This document shows, piece after piece, positions 11,402-25,474 of a stretch of 64,000 bases of DNA (its first letter is position 1; every line of letters starts with the position of its first letter). The position numbers and the translations under genes are program-made. The notes under the pieces were generated by a model. The model was not told where the DNA came from, did no database searches, and was given only the letters and a program-made list of their open reading frames with translations. Origin of the DNA: Mantamonas sphyraenae STR306. Lineage: Eukaryota; Protista; CRuMs. The DNA lies in NCBI GenBank assembly GCA_026936335.1, contig JAPMXV010000009.1, forward strand, positions 248,001 to 312,000, in the 5' to 3' direction.

Positions 11402-14400
11402 TCACACCTTGCTCGTGAGCAGCGCAACTCCCCGCATGCACCAGTAGGCGGCCTCAAAGTCGCCTGTGCGCAGGCCAATGTCAAAGATGTAGTAGCGGTC
11501 CGTGCGTGCAGGGTTGCTGTACACCGGTGCGTAGTACACATGGTCGCCAGTGCTGCGCGAGCTCTGTTTGGACACAGCCTTGACCTCCATCACAGGCATC
11601 TCCGGGTTCAGCACCTTGGGGTCCTGGTCCACCAGGAACTGCTTCTTCTCGTCCCATGCAGCCCCGTCCAGGTACATACCAGCCACAAATACGCTGTCCT
11701 CGCTCGGCTTGCGATGGAACTCGTCGCGCATCTTGTTCAACACCTCTGTGTGCATCTCCACAGCGTCCAGCGCCAGTCCCGGTCGCAGGTGTGTGATCTC
11801 CTGCTGCACTGCCGTCAAGAAACCCTGTGGGTTGAAGAAGTAGCCCAGCGTAAACACCAGCGGACGTCCACTCGAAAGCCAACCCATCAGCTGGTCCGAT
11901 CGGTTCACCACGTCGCCCATCCAGTAGCCAATGCTCGTCGACGGCCAGCTGATCTCCTCCCACTCCACAGGCACCTTTGTGTTGTAGATCGAATCCATAA
12001 TTGCCATCAGCTCGTCGCTCAGCACCTCTGTGCCGGCAATCGCTGCCAACAGGCTGTTCATGTCCTTGCGCACCCTGCGCAGCAGCCTCGTCATGCGTGT
12101 AACCTCTTGGTTCAGGAACACATTCAGAGGTTGCATCATGCCGCCCAGTTTCTTTGTCTGTTGGCGCACGTACAACTCGTTGAAATCCACGCGCGACAGC
12201 TTGTCCAGGTACTCCTGCGCCATCTTGGCCACCGCATCCTCGCGTGTCACCTCGCCCAGCATCGCACTGTCCTTGGGCATCACACTCTGGATGGTGCTCA
12301 GGATGTGCTCCGCCTCGCGGCGTCGATACACAATGTCTGCGTTCGGGTGCAGGCCAAACACCTCTGGCGAGTCGGTGCCCGGCAGCTGGTGAATGTGGTT
12401 GATGTAGTCCTTGATGTTGCGGCTCTCGGGCACCGAGTAGCCCAGCACGTTGCCAAACAAAAAGTTGTGACGGAAGATGTCGTCGCACAGCCACTGCTCG
12501 CCCACCATGCGCAGCAGCACCTCGTCCTTCTCGTCCGTCACACGGCCTCCGTACATCACCTCCGTCACCATAAACTTGATGGTGCTCCACGGCAGCGAAC
12601 GCTTCATGTCCGCTTCCGTCAGCAGGTTCTGCACAAACGCCTTGGACGACGTGAAATCGCTCGAGTTGAACTCGTACGGGATGGCCCAGCCGATCGGGCC
12701 AAACTTGCGTCGCTCTTGCACCGTCGAGTGCAGGAAGCACAGCGTGTACAGGATCTGCGGCCAGCGCGTCGCGTTGCCCACCTGTTCCACAGCCTCCAGC
12801 ATGTCCTGCGTCAGCTCGTTGTACGTGCGCAGCAGGCCTGCACGCAGACCTTCGGGCGGTTCGTCCGTCATCTTGATGGCCATTTGCAGCACGTTGATGC
12901 CGAATGTCTCCGGCACCTTGTCCGGGTGCTCCGGATCCACGGTCGGCACCACAGGCTCCGTCGTCATAAACAGGCGGAAGCTCTTGTTCACATGCTCTGT
13001 GTCCCTCACCAGCGCCTCCACTTCCTTGTTGACAAAGTCCAGGCCCAAGTGGCAGTTCTGCAACAGCACCCAGCCGCCGTTCTGCTGCGCCAGCTTGATC
13101 TGGTTGCGTGCCTTTTCATCCTGGCGCGAGCCCATCGACGTGTACAGCACCGCGGGCATCTTCATCTTGCGTGCCAGCGCGTGGATCTTGTCCGACGGGT
13201 CTGCGCCTGCACTCAGCAGCGCAATCACAGGCGTACGCTCGTCTGCATCGCCCAGGATCTCCTCCAACGAACCGCCGCTGTCGCTCAGGAACTCCTCGCC
13301 CAGCGACGAGGCAATGTAGTCCACCGCTGCCAGCATGGTTCGGTCGGGCGAGAAGCAACGCACAAGCAGCAGCCTGTGGAAAGCATCCAGCTTGTCTTCG
13401 TATCCGTCCGGGATGTCTTCGCGCTCGGGGGCATCGTATTCGAACCACCTGTGCCAGGGACCCTCGTGTTGGATCACGTGCTGCAGGATCTGCTGGAACT
13501 GCGGAAGTTCGCTCAGCTTCACCAGGTGCAGCCATGTCTGTTCGGGCAGCCACGCATACGGCTTCTTCTTCACGCTGCCAATGTCCAGCGCCGCGCCGCC
13601 CTTGATCAGCACGTCGTACTCCTCCTTTGTCACGCGCGGCTCGTCCGCGTACATGTCGATCTTCAGGGCAAGCTGCAGCGTAAACAGCTGCTTGTCGATC
13701 TTGTACAGACCACGCGCGATGAAGCGGTACACGTACAGTGTCAGCTCGGCGATGATGAACTTGACACGCTTCTCCGTAAACGGGTTGCGCTCCGCTCGAT
13801 CGATCGACTTGTTGAACAGCACCAGGAACTGCTCCAGCGACGTCTGGTACATCGGGTTCACCATGCTCATCTCGGCAATCAGGAAGTACATGATCGAGCC
13901 ACGCGTGGCCACGGGCCGGTACTCCTCACGCAGCTCGTCAATGTCTCGCTGCATCTTTTCCGCGTTCGCCAGCTCGTCCTCGATGTTCTCCGCCTGATGC
14001 TTCAGGCCCTGCAGCATCTCAATCAACTTTGGATCCTTCAGCAGGTCGTCGCTCTCGCTCAGCGTGTCCAGCAGCGTCTTTTCCAGTCCTGCAAGCGAGC
14101 GCTTGTTGTCGTTCACGCTCTTCTTCAGCTCCTTGCGCTGCTTCTCCAGGTCTGCCTTTTCTCGGTTGATCACCAAGCTCAGCAGCTGGTCCTCCAGACC
14201 CTTCATCACCACCGCAAAGTCGATCACACTCGTCTTGGCGCTCACTTCGGGCGAGTACGTCGGGTTGGCCAGGTTCGACGTCAGGTACAGACGGAACCCA
14301 GGCAGCACTTCAACGTCCTGGTCTCCAAACAGCACCTTCTTCTTCTTGCGGCCGTACTCGATAAAGTTGCGCTCCAGCACATTGTCCAGAATCGGGTCCA

Positions 14401-17400
14401 GTTCCTCGCCCACGTCTTCAATCAGCACCGGCGCACCCGCACGCAGCGCATTCTCGATCTTGCCCTTGAACATCACGTCGTCCAGATCCGTCACCACCAG
14501 GTCCTTCCCCTCGCGGTTCTTGATCCAGTTCTTCGCCTGACCCTGCGGGTCGATCACCAGCGGGAACCTCTCTGACGACGTCGCCACAATTGCATTCTGC
14601 GTCGAGTGCTCATCGTTCGGCAGCCCCTCAATCAGCCACGAGTCCACGTCGTTCTGCTTCACCATAAACTCGGTCACATTCATGCCCGTCGTCCACGGGA
14701 TCTGCCTGTCCGTCAGGTCCATTTCCAACTCCTCCATCAGCTTGTGACGGTAATCCTGGTTGAACGGACCTGCGTACGACACAAATGCCGAGCCCAGCGC
14801 CGCGTCGCCCGCCAGCCTGTGGATCTGCATGCGGTACTCCTTGGCCATCGTTGCCCAGCGGCGCTTCTCGTCCTTCAGACCCTCGATCAGCGTCGAGGCG
14901 TTGCTCATGTTGGTGCGGATCGAGTCGGCCTCGTCCTGCATCACGCGCTGCCTTGCCACAGCCTGGTCGTACTTGGCCTGGATCTTGTCCACCTGCGCCT
15001 GCTTCTCCGCAAGCTGTTCCTCGGCACGATGCAGCTGCGCCGTCGCCACGCTCAGCTTCTTCTGCGCAATCTCCACCGCCGTGGTCAGCGGCGCAACCTT
15101 CTTGGCCACCGCCTGGAACCAAACCATGGTTTCGATCCACAGGTACAGCACGCCTCCAATCGCCTGCGACGCCTTGTTCGCGTTCTTTTCCGTCCACGAC
15201 TCGGCCTGCAGGTACGGCTGCAGCAATTCCACCGTCTCGTCATTCACTGCACCCTTGGCAAAACCCTTGAGCTGCTTCAAAAAGTCGCTGCGCGACAGCA
15301 TATCCTTGCCACCTTTCTTGCTCGGTTCGATGTAGTCCTTGCCGTCGGCCCACACTGCGTTCTGCAGCCCGGGAGCCTGGAACAGAATCACAACGGCGTC
15401 CAGCAGGCGCTGCAGGAACATTGGCGGGCTAGCCATGTTACGCAGCGGTGCAATCTCGCTCTCCTTGATCCCCGCCAGCTTCTTCTCGGCCTTGTCCAGC
15501 TGCGGCTTGGTTTGAGCCAGAGCCTTCTCCGCCTCCTGCTTGTCGGCGTCGATCTTGGCTGCCTGTTCCATCAGCAGGTCGCGGTCCTTCTCCACTGCCT
15601 GCTTGGCCTGCGTGGCAATGGCCGTCTGCTGCGTGATCTCGGTCAGCTTCTCTTGCACGTCAGCCTGCGCCACAGCAAGATCCTTCTCCTTGGCCTCCAG
15701 CTCGGTCTGCAGGCCCTTCACGTCTGTGGCTGCCTTGAGCAGCATCTCCAGGCCGTTTTCCATGTTGGTGGCCAGTTTGCTCAGCTCCTTGTACTTGCTG
15801 CCGTACACGCTCTTGTACGAGTTCAGGAAGGCCAGGAAAGACTTGGGCGTCACGTACACCTGACGGCGGTACCGTGCAAAGTACTTCTTGGTCATCTCGT
15901 TGACCATGTCGTGCACCACAGCCACATGCTCCACAAGCGACTGCTTGACCTCGTTCTCCGCGTCCATGTCAAACTCGGCCAGGTACTTGTCCGCCACAAG
16001 GACCAGGGCCTCGGGTTTCCAGCCCAGGAACCAATCGATGGTGCACGAGGACACAATGCCCGGGAAGCGCTGGGAACGCGAGCGGAACTTGCCTCCCACG
16101 GGCGAGAAGCACAGCACAGTGTGCAGGTTGTTGCGCACACGCGTCATAAAGTACTGCCACACGTCGAACGACTGGTCAAAGCCCTCGACGTTCTTGGACG
16201 CCGTGATGCCCAGTTCCGTCACAATGGCCTCGCGTTCGTCGCGTGCAAACAGGTTCGGGATGTCGCCCGACGTCAGCATGTTGTTGATGGTCTCCAAGAA
16301 CGACTCCTGCTTCACGTCATTGTCCGTAAACAGGAACACCACTTGCTTGCCCTCCAGACCAGCCATGGTGTACAGCGTCTTGATGTCGTCCAACAGGTTC
16401 GACTGTTTGTATGCGCGCGTCATGTGCAGCATCTGCACCTCGGCGCCAGCAATGAAGGCGGCCAGGCGCGTCAGGCTCTGTTTGCCCGAACCACCCACTC
16501 CCACCAGCAACGCATGGCCGCCGGGCGTAGTCAGAATGCGCGAAATGCGCGTCAGATGGCGGATGGCGTCCTCAAAGAACACCAGGTCCAACTTGAAGGT
16601 CTTGCTCTTGTACCGCGACTGGAACTCCATCAGGCGGTCGCGGATGGCGTCAAACGAGGCAACTGGCTCGTAGATCTTGGGATCGTCGTAAAAGTCTTCG
16701 TCGTCCTCGTCCTCACCCTCCAGAAGCTCGGCCTTGCGCATGAAATCGGCAAAGAGCACCTCGCGTGTGACCTCGGCCATCTCATTGCCAGACATGTGGA
16801 ACTCGTGCGTGAGCAGTTCGGCCACCAGCTTGTTGAAGAGCGTGATGTCATCTTCGTCGTTGAAGCGGTCGGGGAACACACGGCACACCTCGTGGTACCA
16901 CAGCTGGAACAGCGTGCGCTCGTCGCGTACGACCTCCGGCGTGATCTTGGTCAGGCCTTCCACCACACGCGAAAGGTCGCGCAGGTTGAACACGTAATGG
17001 AACTTGTCAGGCTTGCTCATGTAGTTGGCCTTGACGACCTGCCACACGCGTCGTGTCATCACAGCCAGCTTGCTGGCACCGTCGATCACGTTTGCGTTGA
17101 AGCCCACCTGGTCGCTAAAGAAGCCTTCCAGCACCAGGCCGTAAATGCGGTCAATCGACGCGTTTTCAGGCACGCTGCAGTTGAAAATGGCAAAATGGCG
17201 CTTCAGGCGTGCGGGGATGTCGTTGACACCTCCGCCCGGGTGGCGCATGGCCGCCAGGAACTGGACGTCCTGGATGTGTGCCCACTCGCCAGGCTCCTTC
17301 TTGTCGCGGAAGCCCTTCTCCTCCACAAGTTGGCGCACAATCTCGTTGGTCTCCTGGTCGCCCCAGCGGTTCTGGCGCGGCATGTTGATGTCGTCGATGA

Positions 17401-20400
17401 GGATGGACATCTTGGCCTGGCCAGGCGGACCCCACGTGTGGCGCATCGGGCGCTTCTCCACAGCAATCTCCACGTTGTTTTGGAACACAGCGGGCGACGT
17501 CGTGTATGAAAAGTTCATGCGCTTGGTCAGGTGGTTCTTGGAGCGGCGCGTGTCCAAAAAGTTGTTCAGCACCACGGTCTTGCCCGAGCCTGGCTCACCA
17601 ATCAGCATCACCGCCTTTTCCTGCTTCCACATCAGTTCGGAGAGGTAGTGCAGGCGCACGTTATCCACAGTGGGCACCACAATGTCACGGAACGCCATGC
17701 CCGGCTTGTACTGCCAGTCCGGCACCTGCGTGTCCCAGTGCACCCAGTCACCGTGTGCGTCCACCTTGTACTCAAACACCGTGTCTGCGTCGGTGGGCAC
17801 ATCCACGCCCAACGTGGCCAGGAAATCGTGGAAGCGGTGCTTGTCCTCGGCCTCCAACAAGCCTCCCAGGCCCCAGGCCGCCGAAAACACAACCGCACGC
17901 TCCACCCACTGTTCGTCAAACTGCTTGTGTGCGGGCAACAGGGCCGTCAGCAAGTCGCACACAACCTGCACCTGGTGCAGCTCGTACACCTTGGTTTTGT
18001 TCTTGCACTTTTCGGCCACAAAGTCAAACAGCGGCTGGCAGATGCGCGTGAACAGGGCGTTGATCTGCTCCAGGCGCTCTGCGTTCTGCTCAGGCAGGCG
18101 CTCGGGCTTGTTCAGATAGGCCTCAAAGTACGGCCGCCAGCCCAACGAGCTAACGCTGACATAAATCATACCGTTGCGCGAAACCGTGGCAGGCGACGCG
18201 TGCTCCAGGTTGTCCACCTCAAAGATGAGCTTCATGGTGGGCGGCATGGGCTTGCGTTCGCCGTTGCTCAGCGTCAGCGTTTTGTTGTCGTCCAGCACGG
18301 TGTTGAGATCTTCAATCCACACAGCGTCGACGGGGCCGTCCAACACCAGCCACAGGTGCACGTTCTTGCGCGTGTCGTTGCTCTTGTTCATCCACAGCTG
18401 CGAAAAGATGCCCATGACCCAGTCGCCCGTGGCAATGTCCGGGTGACCAAACATCTCGTCGTGACCGATGGCCTTCGGGTTCATGCGCTCCTCCTCCACC
18501 TTGTCGCCCATGCCCGACAGCGCCTCGCGCACTGTGGTGATACAGCTTGTCTTGCCACAGCCCGACGGGCCCAGCACCATGATACCGTGGCGCACCAGCT
18601 GTGTCTCGTACAGCTGCACACATTTGAGGTTCCACGACGGATGGTTGACCCAGCCGTGCTCCTGCGTCACGCGGTCGATCTGCTGCTGCAGCGCAGTCGT
18701 GTCGCTTGACGACACCTCGGCGTTGGGGAACAGGTCGTGGATGAGCGAGTTGAACAGCGCTTCGTCGTCGTCCACGAGCTTGCTCAGGTTCATGTCGCGC
18801 AGCACGCGCATGAGAATGGACGCCTCGCTTTCGTTGGGGTGGTCGCGTCGCTCTTGGCCACATGTGCGCAGTACAGACAGGATGTTGCGCAGGCCAAAGT
18901 CGTAGTGGGTCTGCTTGCTCAACTGCTGTTCGGCCAGCGAATACAGCGTGTTGAACTTGTCCGACAGCACCGGGTAGTGCTGGAAACCGGCCGCGGCCAG
19001 CTTCACCTTCATGATCTCACGTCGGTTGGGCACCATCATGGCTACGGTGCGGAACTGGATCTTCAGGTTCTCCGGAAGCTCCTGGCGTCCGGCGTAGCCC
19101 GGGTTCATCGTGATGAACATGCCCGAGCCCGGCGTGAGCGGCACAGTGCTGCCATCCGAGAACTGAAAGTCGATTGCGTTTTCGCGCTTGGCCGTGAGCA
19201 CGCTCTGGATCTGCTGGGCAGCCACAGAGAGCACGGGCAGCTTGATGCGGTTAAACTCGTCAAAGTCGCCCCAGCAGCCGCAGTGCGCAATGCCCTTGAA
19301 GATGCGGCCCAGGGTGTCGATCGTGTACGAGTCGGAGCAGTTGAACACCACCACATACTTGCCCAGCGACTTGCCCATGTCCTTCACGGTCTCTGTCTTG
19401 CCCGTGCCTGCAGGACCTGCAGGCGCACCGCCCAGGTTCAGGCCCATGGCTTGTGCCAGGGTGATGTAGCAGCGATCCGTGAGCTCGGTGATGACCAGGC
19501 GGTCCTTGGCGCCGCAGTACTCGTACGAGTAGATAAAGTCCACGTTGGTGATCTGCACCTGACACTCGTCGATGTCCTCACGCCAGTAGAAGCGCGTCTG
19601 CTTGAGCCACTCAAAGTCGTTGGCTGTCTTGATGCTGTTGTCCTTGAGGCGCAAGAAGACATCGGCCTGGTGCATCTGCACCGTGATCATGGTTTCGATC
19701 TTGCGGCGCTTCAGAGGGCTGAGGTGAGGGTCGTTGGTCAGCTCAATGAGCGTGCGCAACACAGCCTCCGTCTCCTTCTTGTTGTTGTACATGGCCATGC
19801 GCTCGTTCTTGGCGCGTGCCAGTGCGTCCTCAGAGTCGCGCGTCCACTTGAGCTGCAGCCCCAGAAGGGCCACCTGGGTTTGGTACACGTCGATAAACTC
19901 GCGCAGGTCCATGTCCAGGTTGTTTGCGGCATCGCGCACAATGTCCTTGACCGACTCTTGCATGCTCTCGATGAGCACGTTGAGCCAGTCCTCCACGTGC
20001 TTATCTGCAACCACGGGCACGCTGAGCTCGATGTTCTCGCCCAGGCTGTCGTTGATGTGCGTGATGCGGTTGTACGCCTTGGGTTCGTTCTGCGCCTCGC
20101 TCTCGAAAGTCAGACGCTTGATGTTGTCGTAGAAGATGTCCTCGACGTGCTTCTGGATGTTGTGCGTGTCCGACGCGTTGCCCAACACTTCCAGCATGGT
20201 CATGTCCGACACAAAGTAGAAGCGCGGGAACACACCGCGCTTGAGCTCCAAGTACCAGTCCAGGCGGCGCTGGCACGATTCGAGCAGGCCAATCAGATGC
20301 GGCAGCAGTGTCTGCAGGTTCTCGTCCTGTGTGCACAGCGCAATGACGTTGGGGTTGTCCACGGCGTCGTTCATGATCTTGGTCCACTGCTTGTTGATCT

Positions 20401-23400
20401 GCTGGAACTTCTTGGTCTCCTTGGGCAGCTCGGAGCTGATGTCGCCTCCGCCAAACACAGCCTCGAGATACGACCACGAGTTTTGCACCACGAGCCATTT
20501 GTCGATGACAAAGCGGACTGTGTCGAGCTTGGTCACCCACTGGTCGATCTTGGGCTTGAAGAAGGCGTTGTTCGGGTGTGCCACGAGCTGCGAAATCTGC
20601 AGCTGGCTCTCGTCCAGCAGCGTGATGGTATCCTGGATCTCGGGCGACTTGAGGAGCATGTTTGCCTGGCCTTTGTACTCGTCAAAGAAGAACTGCTGGT
20701 CCTCCCAGTCCTCACGGATCTTGTCCAGTGCGTTCTCGATGTTGGCTTCACGGATGGCCGAGTCGTAGATGTCTTCCACGTCGATGGCAAAGTCGTTGAT
20801 GCCAATGTCGAGCAAGTGGCGCAGGCGGAACTCGTGCTTGTCCAATGGGAACTTGCTGTTGCTCACTGTCATCAGCTGTGTCCAGTGACGAGGGCGGATA
20901 CTCTTGTGCTTGAGCTGAGCCAGCAGCGGGATGGTCTCCAGAAAAGCGGAGATCATGGCCGTGAGCTCTTTGTACGCGTCCCAGGTGCGCGTGGCACGCG
21001 GCAGGCTGCGCACCTTGCTCTGGAACTCCACCATCTTGGCCTCAAGCTCGTCGACAACCAGCTTCTGCCAGAGAAGGGTACGTGTCTGCTCCAAGTAGCG
21101 CTCGACGGCTTCGTACAGGTTGTACAGGTCGCGCAGGCGCACGAGTTCGCTCTGCATTTTGCGCAGTTCGGTGAACTCGGTGATGGGCATGCCAAACAGT
21201 TCCTCGCCCATGTTGTACTTCTCCCACTTGATCTTCTTGTCCTCAAACTCGCGGTCAAACAGGCGCAGGCGCTCGATGGCCTGGCGGGCAGAGATGCCGG
21301 GACCATGGGCCCGCGTTCGTTGTAGCGCGAGCGGAAGTACTTGACGTCGTCATCAAAGGCCTTGATGTCCTTGATGAGTTTCGTGCGGAAGTCGGGCTGG
21401 CGCTCAAGCAGCTCTGTCTCCACGGCGTTGGCCTGGGCCTTGATTTTGATCCAATTGCCGCGCAGCTCGTCGACAATGTCGCCTTCATCCTTGGTGTGCA
21501 CGGGGATGCGGTAGCGCTGGAGCAGAGAGTAGGCCTCCTCGATAGGCGAGATCTGCATATCCACAAGGGACTCCATCTCACGCAATTCGGCAAGGGCCTC
21601 CATGATGGGCTTGACGTCGTCGAGTTCCTTGATGTCGCGACCCAGCTTGAGCTTGGTCTCGTCCAGAAACTCCTGCATGCCCTCCATTTTGACCTTGGCC
21701 ATCTTGTGCAGCTCGGCGCCGTAGTACTCCTTCCAGCCGGAGGCCTCGGAGCGCAGGGCATCCTTGAGCTTGGAGCTCTCGAGGGAGAGGCAGCCGATGT
21801 TGTGGTTCATGGGGATGTCGTTGATGTCCTCTTCGATGCCCTCAAAGTGCTGGATGACGTTTTCAAAGTCGTCGATGGGCGGCTCGATGCGGCCCGCGAG
21901 GAAGCGACGGTACTCCATGGCCTTGTCGTCAGTCCACAGGTACTGGTACGAGGTAAAGGTGCCGAGGTACTCGTGGACAGTCTTGCGCAGGTGTTCGATG
22001 GAGCCCGTGAGCAGGAGGACGACCTTGACGATGTCCTTCTTGCTGGTGATGTTGGGGTACAAGGAGCGGAGCTCTGCGCCGAGGGAGCGATCCTGGCCCC
22101 AGCAGTAGACGTTCTTTGCGCCGGAGAGGATGGCGATGCAGGCCTTGTTCATGCCTTCCTGGATGTCCTCGAGGCTGGGGTTCATGACGACGTTGGGCAC
22201 GGCGAGCTCGACGTTGACGCGGAAGAGCGGGAACAGGATGCCACCCATGAGGAAGGAACGGCGCGCGGGTTGGAAGCGCTTCTTGATCATGTTGAGGGAG
22301 CGCTTCATGCAGGCGAGCAGGGCCTCAAAGTTGAGCCTGTTGTAGTAGTAAAACAGATTGCGGATGTCGTGCTCGACGCTTGCGCGCTGCTCCATGCTGT
22401 AGTCGTCGACGATGATCTTGACGAGCTCGTTAAGCTGCTTCTCGATGGCCTCGGAGCGTGAATCGATGATTGCAGAGACGCGCTTGACGTGGTGTTTGGT
22501 TTTTGTGACAAACTCGTCGACGCTCCAGGTCTCGTTGAATGGCAGGGTGACGAGGACGGAGCGGGAGATGAACGCGAGGTTGGAGTCGACACTGTAGTCG
22601 ATGATGTCGTTTGCGCGCGTGACGAGCTCCTCGATGTTGTCCAAACTCTGCTTGATGGAGCCAAGGTAGTGGTCAATGTTGAGGGATGTCCAGGTGAGGG
22701 TGGTGAGACCCGGGGCAATCTTGTCGTCAAGGTCGTCGATGTGGTACTTCATGAGCTTGAGGTAGACGCGGGAGATCTTGTCCATGACGCGATCGTGTTC
22801 GCTGAGCATGTGCTGCAGGTTGTCGTAGTAGCCCTTGAACTTGGCCTCTTGCATGCAAACGAGGCGAGCACTCTCGGGCACGTCGAGTCCCATGCGCTGG
22901 ATGGACTTTGTGTCGCGGATGAGGCGAAGAATCTGAGGGTCAAAGTTGACGTAGAGATCGCCCTTGGAGTCGCGCACGAGCAGGGTTGCGTGCAGTCCAG
23001 ACTTTGCAGTGGTGACAGCGTTGCACCAGGCACGGTGCCACACGGTTTCGTACTCAATGAGAGCCGATGCGAGGCGGTTGAAGCTCTTGATGATGCGCTT
23101 TGCCTCCGGGCCGCCCATGATACCTGGAATGCCCTGGAACATGGCCATGGGCTCTTCGATCATGGACAAAAGCTGGCGAGCCCACATGATCTTGCCTGCA
23201 ACGGGAGTTGCGTTGCGGGGCACAGGTGGGTTTTCCTTTTCGGACTCGTAGAGGCGACGCACGATTTCCAGATCACGTCCGTAGTTTGAAAAGATCAGGG
23301 TGTACTTTTGCTCGAGATCCATCTTGAGGGACTCGCGCTGCAGGATGCCCTGGAACTGCTTGAGGAGGGCAAGGGAGCGCTCGGTGGATTTCTGTTTTCG

Positions 23401-25405
23401 GGCAGGGAAAGGGTGGGAGGAGAGGGGAGGGGAAGGGGAGAGCGTGAGCGGGGGGTGGGAGAGGAGGCGGGGAGGGCTATTGGGTGGTAACGCACGATGT
23501 TGGCAAAGCACTCGTGGATAAAGGCCTGGAGGTCTTTTTCGAGATCCATGATTGCACGCATAAAGTTGACGTAGTCGGCTTCAAACTCTTGCTTGCGGTA
23601 GTCGAGGACGTCGTAGGGCTTGCGCTTGATGGCGAGGACAATGTCGTGAAAACGCTTCATGATGTCGTCCATGCCGTCGATGGTCGAGTCGGCAAGGGAG
23701 GAAAACTCCTCGATGGTAGAGAACATGTCAATGAGCTTCTGGAGACGCTTGCAGAACTGATCAAACTTGCCAAAGATCATCATTTCGCTGAGGTCGAACT
23801 GGCGGTCCTTGGGCTGGTTCTGGAGACGCTGTCGGGCGGCGCGGTAGTTCTTCTGGTAGGCGTCGTTGAGGGCAATGCAGTTGCGGAGCTTGTCGATGAG
23901 GGGCAGACGTTCCTGTTGCCACAATTTGCCGCCGTCGCTGAGGTAGGACTTGCAGATGTTGATGAGCTGGTTTGTGATCTTGACAAAGAGGGCAGTCATG
24001 CGGTCGGGGGTGTTGTAGTACTTGGCGACCGAATGCATGCGCTCGATAGCCGCAATGAGATGCGGGATCTGATCGATCATCTGGATGGGATCACTCTTGT
24101 AGAGGGGCTCGTTGAAGCGGTCGATGGCCTGGAGGTAGCGAACGTTGTTCTTGGCCTCGTTGGCGGAATCGGTGACGCGCTCGTCGAGAGCACGGAAACT
24201 CTTGAAGGTCTTTGAACGTGCCTGGGAAAGGACGCCTGTGACGATGCGAGCCTCCTTGGTCTTGAGCTGGTCAGTGATGCTTTGGAACTTGGCCATGCGG
24301 GAACGCCAGTACTCGAGCTCTGCGTAGGGGCCGACATCGTCAGACTCTTGGCGCACCTGCTCGGTCTCACTGAGCATAGAGTCGATCTGGTGGATCCAGG
24401 TGTCGCAGACGGCCTCGAACGAGGCGCGGATGCGTTCGTTGACGGCACCCTTGAGAAAGTCAGTTTGGCGGTTCTCGAGGCCAAAGAGATTGTCGGGCTT
24501 GGCGAGGACGATGCCGTCCTTGACGTTGTGCATGGCTTCGTTGAGGCGAGAGACAAAGGAGTTGAGGAGGTCGAGAAACTCGTTGACCTCCTTTTCGTCG
24601 TTCCATTTGAGCCAGCTTGCCTCGTCCTTGGCCTTGAGGGCGGGCAGGATGAGGTGTTCGACAGTGCTCTTGAGGCTATCGAGGATGGGCTCCTCGAGAA
24701 AACCAAAGATGAGCTCCTGGTCCATGTTCTTTGCGTTGACGGGCTGGGCAGACGGGTTGAGAAAGTAGACGACGCGGCCCTCCAATGGTTCCTCTGTGCC
24801 GTCGCTGATGTAGAGCACGGGCTCGCTGTCCTGTCCCTGGTCGTCGTCAGCGTGTGCATCACTGGCGTGGTTGAGGGAGAAGGAGCTGCTCGATGCACCC
24901 ATCATGCCGTTGGCGGTGGAGGAAGAGGAGCTGCTGCTGCTGCTGCTTGATGAACTGGAGCTGGAAGAGGACTCCTGGTTCTGGGAATCCCAAGCGGTGG
25001 AGCTTGGGGCTTGGAAATACCACAGCAAGGCGGGCGGACCCGTTGCATCCAAAAAGTTGTGGATCTTGGTGGCGTTCTCCGGCTGGAAAGGGCAAGTGGG
25101 CGCGCAACGGTAAGTTTTCGCACAGAAGAATGAGGCAGGCGGCGCGGGGCCGAGGTGGGTGGACGGATGCGCTGGGGTGTCGTGGCCGGTTGCAAAGAGA
25201 TGGGCGGAGTGGCATGGAGGTGGGGCAAGGCTGGGAGGGCGGGGTTGTGGACGACGGGAGGGTGGAGCAGGGCAGGCACGTGGCGGCTGACATGCGCGCA
25301 ACGGCGGGAACATACTTGGGAAATGATGCTAGCTTCGACGTCGATATCTTCCATATCGAACGCCTCGGCCACCTTTGTGAACACCCACTTGAATCGGTTG
25401 TCCAT
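11402..25405 (-). CDS. Axonemal outer-arm dynein heavy chain (gamma / DNAH5-DNAH8 type); exons 25405-25316, 25082-23496, 23391-11402, with an apparent 1-nt frameshift near 21300
   Basis: P-loops GPAGTGKT, GPSGCGKT, GEPGSGKT, GVGGSGKQS; WGDFDEFNRI; FPRFYF; N-terminal GPYAELEYW; C-terminal YWCMRGVALL. Confidence 0.95.
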
Positions 25406-25474
25406 TGTGGCTGTCGTGAAGGGTTTTGTTTTTGGTTGGGGAAGAGGGCGCGTGCTGGGCCACACGAAGCAAGC

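Noticed and set aside
9087-24950. Very long antisense ORFs (e.g. 11126-14575, 14606-17509, 18737-21325, 9087-11441)
   Set aside because: Shadow frames opposite genuine GC3-biased genes; the translations are V/L/H/Q-rich with no recognisable motifs.
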